Notes: generated by a model not told the origin, from the letters alone. A stretch of 64,000 nt of DNA from an uncultured Holophaga sp. (GCA_963664825.1 OY761614.1:992001-1056000), one strand, 5' to 3'. Counted from the first letter of the stretch, positions 44,010 through 55,992 are shown. Made by a program: numbers and translations.

Positions 44010-44378
44010 TTACTTCTTCTTGCCGGCGACGGTCTTCCGCTTGCCCTTGCGGGTGCGGGCGTTGGTATGGGTGCGCTGCCCGTGGCAGGGCAGTCCCTTG
44101 CGATGACGGATGCCGCGATAGCAGCCGATATCCATCAGACGCTTGATATCCAGACCGATGTTCTTTCGGAGATCGCCTTCCACCGTCTCATCAGTGGTGA
44201 TGACGCGGCGGATACGGCCAACCTCGTCCTCGGTGAGGTCCCGGACTTTCGTCCCGAAGTCGACCTTCGCGCGAGTGAGGATGGTGTGGGCCTTGGCCCG
44301 GCCGATCCCATAGATATAGGTCAGCGCGATCTCTACGCGCTTGCCGACGGGCAGATCGATTCCTGCGATGCGTGCCAT
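44010..44378 (-). CDS. rpsM: 30S ribosomal protein S13
   Basis: [19 protein letters not shown]. Confidence 0.98.
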   Translation of the reverse strand: MARIAGIDLPVGKRVEIALTYIYGIGRAKAHTILTRAKVDFGTKVRDLTEDEVGRIRRVITTDETVEGDLRKNIGLDIKRLMDIGCYRGIRHRKGLPCHGQRTHTNARTRKGKRKTVAGKKK

Positions 44379-44387
44379 GTCGTCTCC

Positions 44388-44504
44388 TTAACCCTGACGC
44401 TGCTTGTGCTTGGGATTTTTCTTGCAGATGATCCGATTGATACCTTCACGCCGGACCACCTTGCAGTGCTCGCACAGCTTCTTGATAGAGGGCCGTACTT
44501 TCAT
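44388..44504 (-). CDS. rpmJ: 50S ribosomal protein L36 (below the ORF-track cutoff)
   Basis: Manual translation [38 protein letters not shown]. Confidence 0.97.
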   Translation of the reverse strand: MKVRPSIKKLCEHCKVVRREGINRIICKKNPKHKQRQG

Positions 44505-44521
44505 GGTTTCCTCTCGTTAGC

Positions 44522-44740
44522 TTACTTGAATCGGTAAATGATGCGGCCCCGGGTCAAATCGTAGGGGGTTACCTCTACGAGAACCCGGTCGCCGGGGAGG
44601 ATGCGGATGAAATTCTTCCGCATCTTGCCGCTGATATGGGCGAGCACTTGGTGTTTGTTCTCGAGCTCCACGCGGAAAACCGCGTTGGGTAGGGATTCCA
44701 CGACGGTGGCTTCCAGCTCGATGGCTTCTTCCTTGCTCAA
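44522..44740 (-). CDS. infA: Translation initiation factor IF-1
   Basis: [22 protein letters not shown] start. Confidence 0.98.
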   Translation of the reverse strand: MSKEEAIELEATVVESLPNAVFRVELENKHQVLAHISGKMRKNFIRILPGDRVLVEVTPYDLTRGRIIYRFK

Positions 44741-45408
44741 GCGTGCTCCTCAAAGATCTTGACTACAGTGGCGTAGACTTCATCCGGCATCCCGGATCCA
44801 TCCACCAGCCGATAGCTGGGACCACCACAGTAGAAGGCCTGGAGCGGTTTGAAGGTTGCGTAAAACTCCTTCATCCGACTCTTGAAGGCTTCGGCGGTGT
44901 CGTCGGCGCGATGTTTCAGGGGACTTCCACACTGATCGCAGACGCCAGCCACCTTGGAGGGCTTGCGTTCCAGGTGATAAATCGCACCGCAGGCGTTGTT
45001 GCTGCACACGCGGCGCTTGACCACCCGATCTTCCAAGGCTTCCTCGGGAACTTCGATGTCGACTACGAGCCCTAATTCGATGCCCTGCACGGAGAGGAAA
45101 GTCCCGAGAGCTTCGGCTTGTTGAAGGGTCCGCGGATAGCCATCGAACAGCACGTTCTGGGTTTCGTCTTGCAGCCGCGCAAAGACCAAACCGTTTACCG
45201 TGTTGTCGTCCACGAGTTTTCCAGCGGCCATGATGGCCTTGGCCCGAAGGCCAATTTCCGTTCCTTTCGAAACGGCATCTCTTAGAATATCACCCGTTGA
45301 CAGGTGAACCAAGGAGAATTTCTCGACTAGGCGTTTGGCCTGGGTACCCTTCCCGCTGCCGGGAGGGCCAAGCAGAATATGAACCTTCATGCCTAGCTTT
45401 GTGCTCAT
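44737..45408 (-). CDS. adk: Adenylate kinase
   Basis: [23 protein letters not shown], zinc LID; alternative start 45390. Confidence 0.97.
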   Translation of the reverse strand: MSTKLGMKVHILLGPPGSGKGTQAKRLVEKFSLVHLSTGDILRDAVSKGTEIGLRAKAIMAAGKLVDDNTVNGLVFARLQDETQNVLFDGYPRTLQQAEALGTFLSVQGIELGLVVDIEVPEEALEDRVVKRRVCSNNACGAIYHLERKPSKVAGVCDQCGSPLKHRADDTAEAFKSRMKEFYATFKPLQAFYCGGPSYRLVDGSGMPDEVYATVVKIFEEHA

Positions 45409-46751
45409 TTGGACTTCCCCCCAGCCCGCGCCAGACGGCCACCGTGGACTCTCCCCTTTTCAAGGAAGCCATCGTAGTGACGCATCACCTGGTAGCTCTC
45501 GACCTGGGCGACGGTATCCATGGCCACACCCACCACGATCAGCAGCGATGTGCCACCGAAGTAGAAGTTGAGACCAGGCATGCTGTTGGTGATGATCAGC
45601 GGCACGATGGAGATGGCAGCCAAGTAGATGGCCCCCGCGAAGGTGAGCTTCGACAGGACGCTATCCATGTAGACGCTGGTCTCCTTTCCAGGACGGATGC
45701 CTGGGATGTAGCCACCGGACCGCTTCATGTTATCGGCGGTTTCATCCGGATTGAAGACGATGCTGGTGTAGAAGAAGGCGAAGAAAATCACCACACCGAC
45801 AAAAACGGGGGTGTAGATCCAGAAGTGAGTCTGGGGGCTGATGAAGCTCGCCCCGGTCTGGAGCCAGTTCCATTTGACGAACTGGGCGATGGTCGCCGGG
45901 AAGAAGATTACCGAGCTGGCGAAGATGACGGGCATCACGCCGGCAGTGTTGACCTTGAGGGGCAGATAGGAACTGCGCTGGCTGGCCATGGTGGAGGAAT
46001 CCACCCGTCGGGCATAGTGGATGGGAATGCGCCGATAGGCGTTTTCCACCAGTACCACCGCCAGGAGCACCACACTCATTGCCGCAATCAGCAGGATGAA
46101 CACACCCGGAGGGGCGGTATTCCCCTCCTGCATGATGGAGGCGTGAAACATCGTCCAGAGCGTCTGGCCAGCCTTAGGGAGGCCCGCCACGATGCCCGCG
46201 AAGATCAGCAAGGAGATGCCGTTCCCGACGCCTCGTTCAGTGATCTGTTCGCCGAGCCACATCACGAAAATGGATCCCGTCGAGAGGGTGAAGGCGCACA
46301 TGAGCTTGAAGCCCATGCCCGGATTCACCACGACGTCGGGCCCCAATCCTTGAGCCATGGCCGCGATTCCGAAGCCCTGAACGAAGGCCAGGCCGACGGT
46401 CAAGTAGCGGGTCCACTGATTGATCTTCTGCCGACCCGCCTCGCCTTCCTTCTTCTGAAGGTTCTCGAGGGTGGGGACCACCGCGCCCATCAACTGCAAG
46501 ACGATGCTGGCCGTAATGTAGGGCGTGATGCCCAGGGCGAAGACGGAGAACTTTTTGAAGGCGCCCCCCGAGAACAGATCGACCACGTTCAGCAGATCCC
46601 CGGCCTTCCCGAGGTTCTTGGCCAGTTCGTTGGGGTTCACGCCGGGCACGGAGACATGCACTCCGAACCGGTAGATCACCAGCATGACCAGCGTGAACAG
46701 CAGGCGTTTGCGAAGTTCAGGATTTGTGAAGAGTTGCCGGATTCGTTCCAT
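45405..46751 (-). CDS. secY: Preprotein translocase SecY
   Basis: FALGITPYITASI, GNGISL, IPGIRPG, GGTSLLIVV. Confidence 0.99.
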   Translation of the reverse strand: MERIRQLFTNPELRKRLLFTLVMLVIYRFGVHVSVPGVNPNELAKNLGKAGDLLNVVDLFSGGAFKKFSVFALGITPYITASIVLQLMGAVVPTLENLQKKEGEAGRQKINQWTRYLTVGLAFVQGFGIAAMAQGLGPDVVVNPGMGFKLMCAFTLSTGSIFVMWLGEQITERGVGNGISLLIFAGIVAGLPKAGQTLWTMFHASIMQEGNTAPPGVFILLIAAMSVVLLAVVLVENAYRRIPIHYARRVDSSTMASQRSSYLPLKVNTAGVMPVIFASSVIFFPATIAQFVKWNWLQTGASFISPQTHFWIYTPVFVGVVIFFAFFYTSIVFNPDETADNMKRSGGYIPGIRPGKETSVYMDSVLSKLTFAGAIYLAAISIVPLIITNSMPGLNFYFGGTSLLIVVGVAMDTVAQVESYQVMRHYDGFLEKGRVHGGRLARAGGKSK

Positions 46752-46763
46752 CAGGATCAGGCC

Positions 46764-47225
46764 TTACTGAGCGGGCGTAGGAGTGAGTTCCTGGATGGTG
46801 CCGCCCTTGGCGGTGATCGCCTCGCGCGCGCCCTTGGTGATCCGGTCGGCCACCACGGTGACCTTCAGGCTCAGTTCCCCAGAGGCGAGCACCACGATCT
46901 TCTGAATCGTGGAATTGACGAGCTTCTTTTCGCGCAACGTCTGGATGCTGACCGTCTCGCCATCCTGGAAATTATTGGAAATGACGGCCAGGCCGATTTC
47001 CTTGGTAACCAAGGCGTGGACATTGGTGAAACCGCGCTTGGGCAGACGGCGCACCAAGGGCATCTGGCCGCCCTCAAAGGCGCGCTTGGCGCTGTAACCA
47101 CGACGGGACTTCTGGCCCTTCTCGCCGGCGCCGGACGTCTTGCCCGTGCCGGACCCGGGGCCGCGGCCCACACGCTTCCGGTTCTTAGTCGCGCCCTCGG
47201 CGGGCTTGAGTTCGTTTAATTTCAT
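46764..47225 (-). CDS. rplO: 50S ribosomal protein L15
   Basis: [19 protein letters not shown]. Confidence 0.98.
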   Translation of the reverse strand: MKLNELKPAEGATKNRKRVGRGPGSGTGKTSGAGEKGQKSRRGYSAKRAFEGGQMPLVRRLPKRGFTNVHALVTKEIGLAVISNNFQDGETVSIQTLREKKLVNSTIQKIVVLASGELSLKVTVVADRITKGAREAITAKGGTIQELTPTPAQ

Positions 47226-47228
47226 GGC

Positions 47229-47426
47229 CTACTCCTTGACCGTCACTGCGACGAGGTGCGGAATGCGCTTGACCATGCCATGCACATTCGGGGTGTACTC
47301 GCACTGACGGGTGTCACCCACCTTCTTGAGTCCCATGGTCTGCACGAAGGCCCGATGTTTGGGGGGCGTGCAGATGATGGAACGCACGAGCGTCAAGACG
47401 ACCTGCTTTCCGATCAGGTTGGTCAT
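47229..47426 (-). CDS. rpmD: 50S ribosomal protein L30
   Basis: TLVRS..MGLKK..GMVKRIPHLV; synteny. Confidence 0.92.
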   Translation of the reverse strand: MTNLIGKQVVLTLVRSIICTPPKHRAFVQTMGLKKVGDTRQCEYTPNVHGMVKRIPHLVAVTVKE

Positions 47427-47427
47427 G

Positions 47428-47940
47428 TTAAGCCTCCGCCTGGTCGATGCCACGGTTGGTCATGACCGTGTAGGGATCCATGAGACTCTGGAATCCAGCA
47501 AAGGTGGCGCGAACCACATTGTGAGGATTGGAAGATCCCAGGCTCTTGGTGAGCACGTTGTGAATGCCGGCGGCTTCCATGACGGCGCGCACCGTGGCCC
47601 CAGCGATGACGCCAGTGCCCTCGGGAGCGGGCTTCATCAGTACGGAACCCGCACCGAAACGACCCGTGATCGCGTGAGGAATGGAACCGGTAGGAGTCAC
47701 CGGAACGGATGTCAGATTGCGCTTGGCGGCCTCGATGCCCTTCTTGATGGCGGAGGGAACTTCGAGTGCCTTGCCAAGTCCGAAGCCAACCTTGCCTCGG
47801 CCATCGCCGACGACGACCAGCGCGGAAAAGGAGAAGTTCTTGCCTCCCTTTACCACCTTGGTTACGCGACCGACGTAGATGACCTGGTCCTTGAGTTCGC
47901 CCTGTGGGGTCTCAGCGTGGTTCTTTACATCAGCGGACAT
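47428..47940 (-). CDS. rpsE: 30S ribosomal protein S5
   Basis: [18 protein letters not shown]. Confidence 0.98.
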   Translation of the reverse strand: MSADVKNHAETPQGELKDQVIYVGRVTKVVKGGKNFSFSALVVVGDGRGKVGFGLGKALEVPSAIKKGIEAAKRNLTSVPVTPTGSIPHAITGRFGAGSVLMKPAPEGTGVIAGATVRAVMEAAGIHNVLTKSLGSSNPHNVVRATFAGFQSLMDPYTVMTNRGIDQAEA

Positions 47941-47950
47941 GAGCCCCCCC

Positions 47951-48313
47951 TCAGAACTGCAACCCGGCGGCCCGGGCGCTGTCAGCCAGCGCTTTGACGC
48001 GGCCGTGATAGACATAACCATTGCGGTCGAAGACCACCGCCTTGACGCCCAACTCTTGGAGTCGGGTGGCGATGCTGGCACCAACGACCTTCGCGGCCTC
48101 GATGTTCGCGCCATTCTTCAGCGTGCCGCGCAGATCCTTCTCCAGGCTGGAGGCAGAAGCCAGTGTGACACCCTTGGTGTCATCCACCGCTTGGACATAA
48201 ATGCGCTTGAGGCTCTTGTAGATAGTGAGACGCGGACGCTCGGCAGTCCCCGAGAGGCGACTCCGGATCTTCGTCTTCGTCTTCTGACGACGTACCTTCA
48301 TTTCATTGGCCAT
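47951..48313 (-). CDS. rplR: 50S ribosomal protein L18
   Basis: [20 protein letters not shown]. Confidence 0.98.
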   Translation of the reverse strand: MANEMKVRRQKTKTKIRSRLSGTAERPRLTIYKSLKRIYVQAVDDTKGVTLASASSLEKDLRGTLKNGANIEAAKVVGASIATRLQELGVKAVVFDRNGYVYHGRVKALADSARAAGLQF

Positions 48314-48322
48314 GGTTTCCCC

Positions 48323-48859
48323 TTACTTCCCAGTCTTGCCGGCCTTGCGGCGGATAACTTCGCCGGTGTATTGGACGCCCTTGCCCTTGTAAGGCTCGGG
48401 TTTGCGGAACTGGCGGATATCGGCAGCGACCTGTCCCACGATCTGCCGGTCTTGACCGGTGACGATGAGATGGGTGCCCTTCTCGACGGCGATGACAATG
48501 CCTTTCGGCGCGTCGTAGAAGATGGGGTGGCTGAAACCGAGGTCCAGGCGGAGCTTGGCTCCCTCCATGGCGGCCTTGTAGCCGACACCGACGATATCGA
48601 GTTCCTTCTTCCAGCCCTCGGTGACGCCGGTCACGGCGTTCTGGATGAGGGCACGGCAGAGACCGTGGAAGGCCCGGGTCTGGGCCTCTTCGTTGGCACG
48701 AACAAGGTTGATGGAATCGGCCTGAATATCGAGGGAAATCCCTGTGGGGACCGGGCATTTCAACAGGCCCTTGGCGCCTTCGACGACAGCCTCAGCCCCG
48801 TTGACAGTGACTTTGACGCCTTTCGGCAGCGTCACGGGCTTTTTTCCGATGCGAGACAT
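48323..48859 (-). CDS. rplF: 50S ribosomal protein L6
   Basis: MSRIGK, PEPYKGKG. Confidence 0.98.
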   Translation of the reverse strand: MSRIGKKPVTLPKGVKVTVNGAEAVVEGAKGLLKCPVPTGISLDIQADSINLVRANEEAQTRAFHGLCRALIQNAVTGVTEGWKKELDIVGVGYKAAMEGAKLRLDLGFSHPIFYDAPKGIVIAVEKGTHLIVTGQDRQIVGQVAADIRQFRKPEPYKGKGVQYTGEVIRRKAGKTGK

Positions 48860-48892
48860 GATTGAATCCTTGGAAACGGGTTGAACGAAGGA

Positions 48893-49288
48893 CTACCAGA
48901 CGTGCGCGAGAATCTCGCCGCCTACGTTCTGCTTCCGGGCATCCTTCCCCGTGAGCAGTCCCTTGGGAGTGGTGAGAATGGCGATACCGAGACCGGAGTG
49001 GACATCGGTGATCTCATTGGCACCGACGTAGACACGCAGGCCGGGGCTGGAGATGCGCTTGAGGCCGTGGATGACGGATTCTCCGCCCTTCACGTACTTC
49101 AGGCTCACGACAAGGTACTCGCGGCCCTCATGCTCCACGCTCTTGTAACCGTGGATGTAGCCCTCCTGCTTGAGGATGGCCGAGAGACGCACCTTCATCT
49201 TGGAGGTCGGCACGACGACAGCGTCGTGACCAGCCATGAGGCCGTTGCGTAAACGGGTGAGGTAATCGGCGATAGGATCGGTGTACAT
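48893..49288 (-). CDS. rpsH: 30S ribosomal protein S8
   Basis: DPIADYLTRLRN, SPGLRVY, VGGEIL. Confidence 0.98.
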   Translation of the reverse strand: MYTDPIADYLTRLRNGLMAGHDAVVVPTSKMKVRLSAILKQEGYIHGYKSVEHEGREYLVVSLKYVKGGESVIHGLKRISSPGLRVYVGANEITDVHSGLGIAILTTPKGLLTGKDARKQNVGGEILAHVW

Positions 49289-49300
49289 GGTTTCCTCTTC

Positions 49301-49486
49301 TTACCAGGAGGACTTCTGAACGCCGGGAAGCTCGCCTGCGAGGGCGTGTTTCCGGAAGCAAAGGCGGCAGAGTTCGAACTTGCGCATGAATCCGCGGGCA
49401 CGACCGCACAGCTTGCAACGATTGCGGTGCTGGGTCGAGAACTTGGGCTTAGAAGCGTCTTTATATCTCTTCGCGATGCGAGCCAT
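49301..49486 (-). CDS. rpsN: 30S ribosomal protein S14 (zinc-binding type)
   Basis: [22 protein letters not shown]. Confidence 0.97.
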   Translation of the reverse strand: MARIAKRYKDASKPKFSTQHRNRCKLCGRARGFMRKFELCRLCFRKHALAGELPGVQKSSW

Positions 49487-49498
49487 TGGTTCTCCTGA

Positions 49499-50053
49499 CT
49501 ACTTGCGGAAAGGCATTCCGAGGTGGGCGAGCATCGCTCGAGCCTCGGCGTCAGTGGGTGCGGAGGTCACGAAGGTCACGTTCATGCCCTTGATCTTCTC
49601 GACCCGCGAATAATCGATTTCCTGGAAAATCAGCTGATCCTTGAGACCCAGCGTGTAGTTGCCGCGGCCATCGAAGGACTTGGTGGGAACGCCGCGAAAA
49701 TCGCGAACGCGAGGAAGGGACAGACTGACCAGACGGTCAAAGAATTCCCACATACGCTCGGCACGCAGCGTCACCATGCAGGCGATGGGCATCCCCTCGC
49801 GCAGCTTGAACTGAGCGACGCTCTTCTTGGCCTTCCGGATCACGGGCTTCTGGCCCACGATGGCGGTGAGCTCTTCCACGGCCACATCCAGGGTCTTGAT
49901 GTTCTGGATGGCGTCACCAACGCCCATGTTGATGACGATCTTCTGAAGCCGAGGCACCTGCATCTTACTGGTGTAGGCGAATTCCTCTATGAGCTTCGGC
50001 ACCACTTCGGTGCGGTAGCGAGCCTTGACGCGCGGCTCTGCTGGGGTAGGCAT
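49499..50053 (-). CDS. rplE: 50S ribosomal protein L5
   Basis: [31 protein letters not shown] before ATG 50053. Confidence 0.98.
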   Translation of the reverse strand: MPTPAEPRVKARYRTEVVPKLIEEFAYTSKMQVPRLQKIVINMGVGDAIQNIKTLDVAVEELTAIVGQKPVIRKAKKSVAQFKLREGMPIACMVTLRAERMWEFFDRLVSLSLPRVRDFRGVPTKSFDGRGNYTLGLKDQLIFQEIDYSRVEKIKGMNVTFVTSAPTDAEARAMLAHLGMPFRK

Positions 50054-50238
50054 CAGTTCCTCCATTTCCGGGGGGCGACTACGTCCCACGGGTTCGGGAG
50101 AGCGAAAGGGCTTGGGTTCCGGCGGTCCGGCCCGTTTCCTTTCAACCTCGAGTTTTCAAGCAATTCCGTCGGCGGCGTTCCGCCGACGGAATGAACAGTG
50201 TCTCACATAATCTGAAATCGCGAAGCGATTTTAACGAC

Positions 50239-50514
50239 TTAGACCGTGCGCTTGCGCGTGGGCTTCTGGGTCGCAGGATCCACCAGCATCACGTTGGAGG
50301 CATGGATGGAGGCTTCCTTGGTGACGATGCCGCCCTCAACCCCAGCTTGGGGGTTGGGTTTGGTGGCCTTCTTGATCATGTTCATGCCGGCCACGACCAC
50401 GCGATTGGAGCTGGGGCTGACCTTGGTGATCTGGCCCCGCTTTCCGCGATCCTTGCCGGTAATGATGAGGACTTCGTCCCCCTTCTTGAGCTTCATCTTG
50501 ACTGGCTTTTCCAT
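50239..50514 (-). CDS. rplX: 50S ribosomal protein L24
   Basis: [27 protein letters not shown]. Confidence 0.97.
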   Translation of the reverse strand: MEKPVKMKLKKGDEVLIITGKDRGKRGQITKVSPSSNRVVVAGMNMIKKATKPNPQAGVEGGIVTKEASIHASNVMLVDPATQKPTRKRTV

Positions 50515-50882
50515 CACAGCACCTCAGGAGCGAGGGAGACGATCTTCATGTATTTCCGCTCTCGCAGCTCGCGGGCCACGGGGCCAAACACGCGCGTTCC
50601 GACCGGTTCGCCATCCTTCTTGATGATGACGGCCGCGTTCTCGTCAAAACGAATGTAGGACCCGTCCTTGCGGCGGAAAGCCTTCCGCTGCCGCACGATG
50701 ACGGCCTGCACGACGGCCTTCTTTTTGACAGTGCCCCCGGGGATAGCTTCCTTGACGGAGGCGGTGATGACATCGCCGATCTGGGCGATGTTGCCCACCC
50801 CGCCACCTAGCGGCAGGATGCAGCAGATCTTCTTGGCGCCGGAATTATCGGCCACCGTAAGCATGGTTCCCATCTGGATCAT
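50514..50882 (-). CDS. rplN: 50S ribosomal protein L14
   Basis: [24 protein letters not shown]. Confidence 0.99.
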   Translation of the reverse strand: MIQMGTMLTVADNSGAKKICCILPLGGGVGNIAQIGDVITASVKEAIPGGTVKKKAVVQAVIVRQRKAFRRKDGSYIRFDENAAVIIKKDGEPVGTRVFGPVARELRERKYMKIVSLAPEVL

Positions 50883-50891
50883 GTCGCCTCC

Positions 50892-51149
50892 TTACTCGCC
50901 AGCTTTCTGGACGATCTCTAGGACCATCCAGCGCTTGCGCTTGGACAGGGGCCGCGACTCAACGATCTGAACCACATCGCCAATCTGACAGGCGTTGGTC
51001 TCGTCGTGAGCCATGAGTTTCTTGCTCTGTTTGACCGTGCGATTGTAGAGAGGGTGCTGGTACTTGCGTTCCACCTTCACCACGACCGTCTTATCGGCCT
51101 TGTTGGATACCACGATGCCGCTGCGGATCATTTTCTGTTCTAGGCTCAT
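50892..51149 (-). CDS. rpsQ: 30S ribosomal protein S17
   Basis: [22 protein letters not shown]. Confidence 0.98.
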   Translation of the reverse strand: MSLEQKMIRSGIVVSNKADKTVVVKVERKYQHPLYNRTVKQSKKLMAHDETNACQIGDVVQIVESRPLSKRKRWMVLEIVQKAGE

Positions 51150-51157
51150 GGTCTACC

Positions 51158-51358
51158 TCACGCCAGCTTCATCTTGAGCGCGGTCTTGACGCGGGCGAGT
51201 TCACGGCGTGTCTTCCGGATCTCGGCGGTGTTTTCCACCTGGCCCACGGCGTGCTGGAAGCGGAGAGTGAAACGCTTGGCGGCCAGATCGGCCTCCAACT
51301 GCGCGAGCTCTTCGATGTTCTTCACAGCCAGTTCGCTGAATGGATTCTTCTTATTCAT
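51158..51358 (-). CDS. rpmC: 50S ribosomal protein L29
   Basis: [18 protein letters not shown]. Confidence 0.95.
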   Translation of the reverse strand: MNKKNPFSELAVKNIEELAQLEADLAAKRFTLRFQHAVGQVENTAEIRKTRRELARVKTALKMKLA

Positions 51359-51368
51359 GTCGGTCCTC

Positions 51369-51788
51369 TCACTCTTCCGGCGGCGTACGGGAGATGAAGT
51401 CGGAGGCCACGCAGAGCTTCATCTGGGCTAGACGCAAGGCTTCGCGAGCTGTTTCCTCGTCGACGCCCTCCATCTCGAAGAGAATCTTGCCGGGCCGAAC
51501 CACCGCCACCCAGCCATCGGGCGCGCCCTTGCCGGAACCCATACGGGTTTCAGCGGGTTTGCTGGTGGTGGGCTTATCGGGGAAGATCCGGATCCAGATT
51601 CGACCACCGCGCTTGATGTGGCGCGTCATGGCAATACGAGCGGCCTCGATCTGACGATTTGTGACCCAGGCGTGTTCGAGGGCCTTCAGGCCGAAATCGC
51701 CGAAGGAGAGCTCGTTGCCGCGGGTCGCGACGCCGCGGGTGCGGCCCTTCATGACTTTCCTGTGCTTGACTTTATTCGGCATCAACAT
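51369..51788 (-). CDS. rplP: 50S ribosomal protein L16
   Basis: [15 protein letters not shown]. Confidence 0.98.
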   Translation of the reverse strand: MLMPNKVKHRKVMKGRTRGVATRGNELSFGDFGLKALEHAWVTNRQIEAARIAMTRHIKRGGRIWIRIFPDKPTTSKPAETRMGSGKGAPDGWVAVVRPGKILFEMEGVDEETAREALRLAQMKLCVASDFISRTPPEE

Positions 51789-51797
51789 GGGTTCACC

Positions 51798-52445
<648 letters not shown>

Positions 52446-52447
52446 GG

Positions 52448-52795
52448 TTACTCCTCCCGACCCAACTGCAGTGTGATGTGGCAGGTGCGCTTCTGCACCC
52501 GGTAGGCCCGGCCCATTGGCGCAGGGCGGACCCGCTTCATGCGGAAGCCCTCATCCACGAAGGCGGTCTTGACGACCAGGGCATCGGGATTCACAGCGGG
52601 ATCCTTGTCGATGGCGTTGGCCACGGCGGAGTCGAGCAGCTTCTTGATGGGCGCAGAGGCGTACTTCTTGGTGGACAGAAGAATCCACTGAGCCTCGCCA
52701 ACCTGCTTGCCGCGGATCAAATCGACGACGAGACGGGCCTTCTGAGCGGAGCCCCGCAGGTGTCGGATAGTGGCAGTAGAAACGATTTCAGACAT
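52448..52795 (-). CDS. rplV: 50S ribosomal protein L22
   Basis: [21 protein letters not shown]. Confidence 0.97.
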   Translation of the reverse strand: MSEIVSTATIRHLRGSAQKARLVVDLIRGKQVGEAQWILLSTKKYASAPIKKLLDSAVANAIDKDPAVNPDALVVKTAFVDEGFRMKRVRPAPMGRAYRVQKRTCHITLQLGREE

Positions 52796-52796
52796 A

Positions 52797-53081
52797 TTAC
52801 CTCCCCTTCGCCTTGGCGTCGGACTTGCCGGCATGCCCTTTGAAGGTGCGGGTTTGGGAGAACTCACCCAGCTTGTGACCGACCATGTTGTCAGTGACGT
52901 AGACGGGGATGAACTTGTTTCCGTTGTGGACGGCGATGGTCATCCCGATCATCTGAGGCAGAACCGTGGACCTACGGGACCAGGTCTTGATGACGCGCTT
53001 GTCCATCGAGGCCTGAGCCGTGTCGATCTTCTTCTGCAAATGGGTGTCAATGAACGGACCTTTTTTCAGCGAACGTGCCAT
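52797..53081 (-). CDS. rpsS: 30S ribosomal protein S19
   Basis: [17 protein letters not shown]. Confidence 0.99.
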   Translation of the reverse strand: MARSLKKGPFIDTHLQKKIDTAQASMDKRVIKTWSRRSTVLPQMIGMTIAVHNGNKFIPVYVTDNMVGHKLGEFSQTRTFKGHAGKSDAKAKGR

Positions 53082-53092
53082 GGCATCCTCTC

Positions 53093-53914
53093 CTAGTTGA
53101 TCCGCTTGACGATGAACTTGGCGGTGCGCTTATTGCGCCGCGTCTTGTAGCCGCGCGTCGGCTGGCCCCAAGGCGTGACGGGATGGCGTCCGCCGGATGT
53201 ACGGCCTTCACCACCACCGTGGGGGTGATCCACAGGGTTCATCACCACACCGCGGACGGTGGGGCGGATGCCCATCCAGATCTTGCGACCGGCCTTCCCC
53301 AGGGACACGTTCTCGTGCTGGAGGTTGCCGACCTGACCCACTGTCGCGAAGCAATCCAGATGGATCCTGCGGATCTCACCGGAGGGCATGCGGAGCTGAG
53401 CGTAGTCCTCGTCCTTGGCCACGAGCTGAGCGAAGGTCCCTGCGGCGCGGGCGATCTGACCACCCTTGCCAGGCTTCATCTCGATGTTGTGCACCGTGGT
53501 GCCAAGCGGCATGTTCCGGAGGGGCAAGGCGTTGCCCACCAGGATATCTGCGTCCTTACCGGAGAGGACCGTACGGCCCACTTCCAGGCCGTCGGGTGCC
53601 AGGATGTAGCGCTTCTCGCCATCCGCGTAGATGAGGAGGGCAATGCGAGCCGTTCTGTTGGGGTCGTACTCGATGGTCGCGACCTTGGCGGGAACGCCGG
53701 GCTTGTTGCGCTTGAAGTCGATGATTCGATAGCGACGCTTGTGCCCACCACCGATGTGGCGAGTCGTGATACGTCCGTTGTTGTTACGTCCGCCGGTGCG
53801 TTTGAGCGTGCCGATGAGGGAGCGTTCGGGAGTATCAGAAGTGATCTCCTCGAACCCCTGCTTCGACATGCCCCGCTGACCGGGGGTCGTAGGCTTGAGC
53901 AGCTTGATGCTCAT
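53093..53914 (-). CDS. rplB: 50S ribosomal protein L2
   Basis: [25 protein letters not shown]. Confidence 0.99.
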   Translation of the reverse strand: MSIKLLKPTTPGQRGMSKQGFEEITSDTPERSLIGTLKRTGGRNNNGRITTRHIGGGHKRRYRIIDFKRNKPGVPAKVATIEYDPNRTARIALLIYADGEKRYILAPDGLEVGRTVLSGKDADILVGNALPLRNMPLGTTVHNIEMKPGKGGQIARAAGTFAQLVAKDEDYAQLRMPSGEIRRIHLDCFATVGQVGNLQHENVSLGKAGRKIWMGIRPTVRGVVMNPVDHPHGGGEGRTSGGRHPVTPWGQPTRGYKTRRNKRTAKFIVKRIN

Positions 53915-53989
53915 GGGATCCTCTTGCCTAGATGTGCGGGCGATAGTGGCAAGGCCTTGTCCGCCCGCGGGGTTTAAACGAAGGGGCGA

Positions 53990-54268
53990 CTATTCGGCGA
54001 CCGGGGCAGAGCCCTCGGCGAGTTCGATATAGGCCTTTTTCATGGCACTGGTGGAGCCCAACCAACGACCGAGGCGCTTCGCTTTCGAAGGCACCCGAAC
54101 CGTGCGGACGGACTTGACCTTGGCCTGGAGCAGGAGTTCCGCAGCTTCCTTGATCTGATGCTTGGAGGCCCATGTGGCCACCTCGAACACCTGAACATTG
54201 GATTCGCGGAGAATCTGGCCCTTCTCGGTGAGAAGGGGCTTGCGGATCACTTCGAAAATCTTGGTCAT
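53990..54268 (-). CDS. rplW: 50S ribosomal protein L23
   Basis: PLLTEK, KKAYIEL. Confidence 0.96.
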   Translation of the reverse strand: MTKIFEVIRKPLLTEKGQILRESNVQVFEVATWASKHQIKEAAELLLQAKVKSVRTVRVPSKAKRLGRWLGSTSAMKKAYIELAEGSAPVAE

Positions 54269-54900
54269 GGCTTCACCACTTCCTGCAGGGCGAGGATGGC
54301 GTCTTTGGAGAAGATCACCTGGTCGTACTTCAGAAGTTCATAGACATTGACGCCCAGGCTCTCGATGATGGCCAGCTTGGGGTTGTTGCCCGAAGCGAGC
54401 TGCATCTTTTCGGAGGTCTCGGCACCCACGAGGAGAGCAGTGCCGTTGACACCCAGCTTGGCGAGTGTGTTGGAAAGGGCCTTCGTCTTGTGGGATGCGA
54501 GGTCCCAATTCTCCACCACCATCACCTGTCCATCCGCCATCTTGACGGAAAGGGCATTGCGAAGGGCAGAGCGGCGGGCCTTCTTGGGGAAGGCGTAATC
54601 GTAGGAGCGGGGGTGCGGCCCATGGACCGTAGAACCGCCCTTCCACAGCGCGCTGCGGATGGAACCGATGCGGGCGCGACCGGTGCCCTTCTGCTTCCAG
54701 AGCTTGCGACCGGAACCGCTGACTTCCCACTTATCCTTGGTGGAGGCAGTGCCTGCGCGACGCTTGGCGAGGAAGTGACGAACGGCTTCCCAGATCAGAT
54801 GTTTGTTGATGTCCTCGAGCTTGAAGACCTCGGAAAGCAGGTCGACGTTACCGACAGACTTGTTTTCAAGACTAATGACGGGGTGCTGGAAGGTGGCCAT
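54265..54900 (-). CDS. rplD: 50S ribosomal protein L4
   Basis: KQKGTGRARIGS. Confidence 0.98.
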   Translation of the reverse strand: MATFQHPVISLENKSVGNVDLLSEVFKLEDINKHLIWEAVRHFLAKRRAGTASTKDKWEVSGSGRKLWKQKGTGRARIGSIRSALWKGGSTVHGPHPRSYDYAFPKKARRSALRNALSVKMADGQVMVVENWDLASHKTKALSNTLAKLGVNGTALLVGAETSEKMQLASGNNPKLAIIESLGVNVYELLKYDQVIFSKDAILALQEVVKP

Positions 54901-54902
54901 TC

Positions 54903-55529
54903 TTACGCCTCCTGCTTGATGACGACGTAGCCGCCCTTGGGGCCGGGCACGGCGCCCTTGATGAGCAGCAGGTTATTCTCGACGTCCACCTTGGCGATCT
55001 CGAGATTGCGGACGGTCACCTGCTCCGAACCCATGTGGCCGGGCATGCGCATTCCGGGCCATACACGACTGGGGTAGGACGAGTTGCCGATGGAACCGGG
55101 AGCGCGATGGAACATGGAACCGTGGGTCTCGCGTCCACCCTTGAAGTGGTGGCGCTTCATCACGCCGGCAAACCCCTTGCCCTTGCTGATGCCCGTGACA
55201 TGGACCTTGCCCTTTTCCTCGAACTGGGCAACAAGAATGCTGTCGCCAGCCTTGAGTCCACTCTCGGTCTCGATCTTGAATTCGCGAAGCACTCGCACGG
55301 GAGCCACGCCATTCTTCTCGCAGTGGCCCTTTTCCGCCTTGGAGGCACGCTTGCCGCCCTGGGGATCCACGAAGCCCAACTGCACGGCCTCGTATCCATC
55401 GTGGGAAGCAGTCTTGCGCTGGACGACCACACAGGGGCCAGCCTGGATGACAGTGACGGGGACAACCTGTCCCTTGTCGTTGAAGATCTGGGTCATGCCC
55501 AGTTTCTTGCCGATGATTCCGTTCGTCAT
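54903..55529 (-). CDS. rplC: 50S ribosomal protein L3
   Basis: [21 protein letters not shown]. Confidence 0.98.
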   Translation of the reverse strand: MTNGIIGKKLGMTQIFNDKGQVVPVTVIQAGPCVVVQRKTASHDGYEAVQLGFVDPQGGKRASKAEKGHCEKNGVAPVRVLREFKIETESGLKAGDSILVAQFEEKGKVHVTGISKGKGFAGVMKRHHFKGGRETHGSMFHRAPGSIGNSSYPSRVWPGMRMPGHMGSEQVTVRNLEIAKVDVENNLLLIKGAVPGPKGGYVVIKQEA

Positions 55530-55543
55530 GTTCTCCACCCCCT

Positions 55544-55870
55544 TTACCGGTTGCCCTGGCGGCTGAAGACCTTGATCTCGACGTCGACGCCCGCGGGCAG
55601 ATCGAGACGCATCAGGGTGTCCACCGTGTTCTGGGTGGGATTGAGGATGTCCAGAAGACGCTTGTGAGTGCGGATCTCGAACTGATCACGGCTCTTCTTG
55701 TCCACGTGAGGGGACCGGTTGACCGTGTACTTGCTGATCCGGGTCGGGAGAGGGATCGGGCCCGCAACCTGAGCGCCTGTGCGCTTGGCGGTATCCACGA
55801 TCTCCCGCGTCGACTGATCGAGCAGACGGTGGTCAAAGGCTCGCAGACGGATGCGAATGTTGTCCTTCAT
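55544..55870 (-). CDS. rpsJ: 30S ribosomal protein S10
   Basis: [27 protein letters not shown]. Confidence 0.99.
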   Translation of the reverse strand: MKDNIRIRLRAFDHRLLDQSTREIVDTAKRTGAQVAGPIPLPTRISKYTVNRSPHVDKKSRDQFEIRTHKRLLDILNPTQNTVDTLMRLDLPAGVDVEIKVFSRQGNR

Positions 55871-55964
55871 ATTCACTCCATTGGGACGGACAGACCGTCC
55901 ATAGATGTGGGGCGCTAGTCGCCCTTACGTTATAGATGTCCCGTCAACGGGGACAGGGCCATCC

Positions 55965-55992
55965 AGAATACCAAAAGCCAATGCAAATGCAA
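55965..55992 (-). promoter_or_regulatory. Putative sigma70 promoter of the S10 operon
   Basis: TTGCAT-N16-TATTCT with a TG extended -10, inside an AAAAGCCA..TGGCTTTT inverted repeat. Confidence 0.5.
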
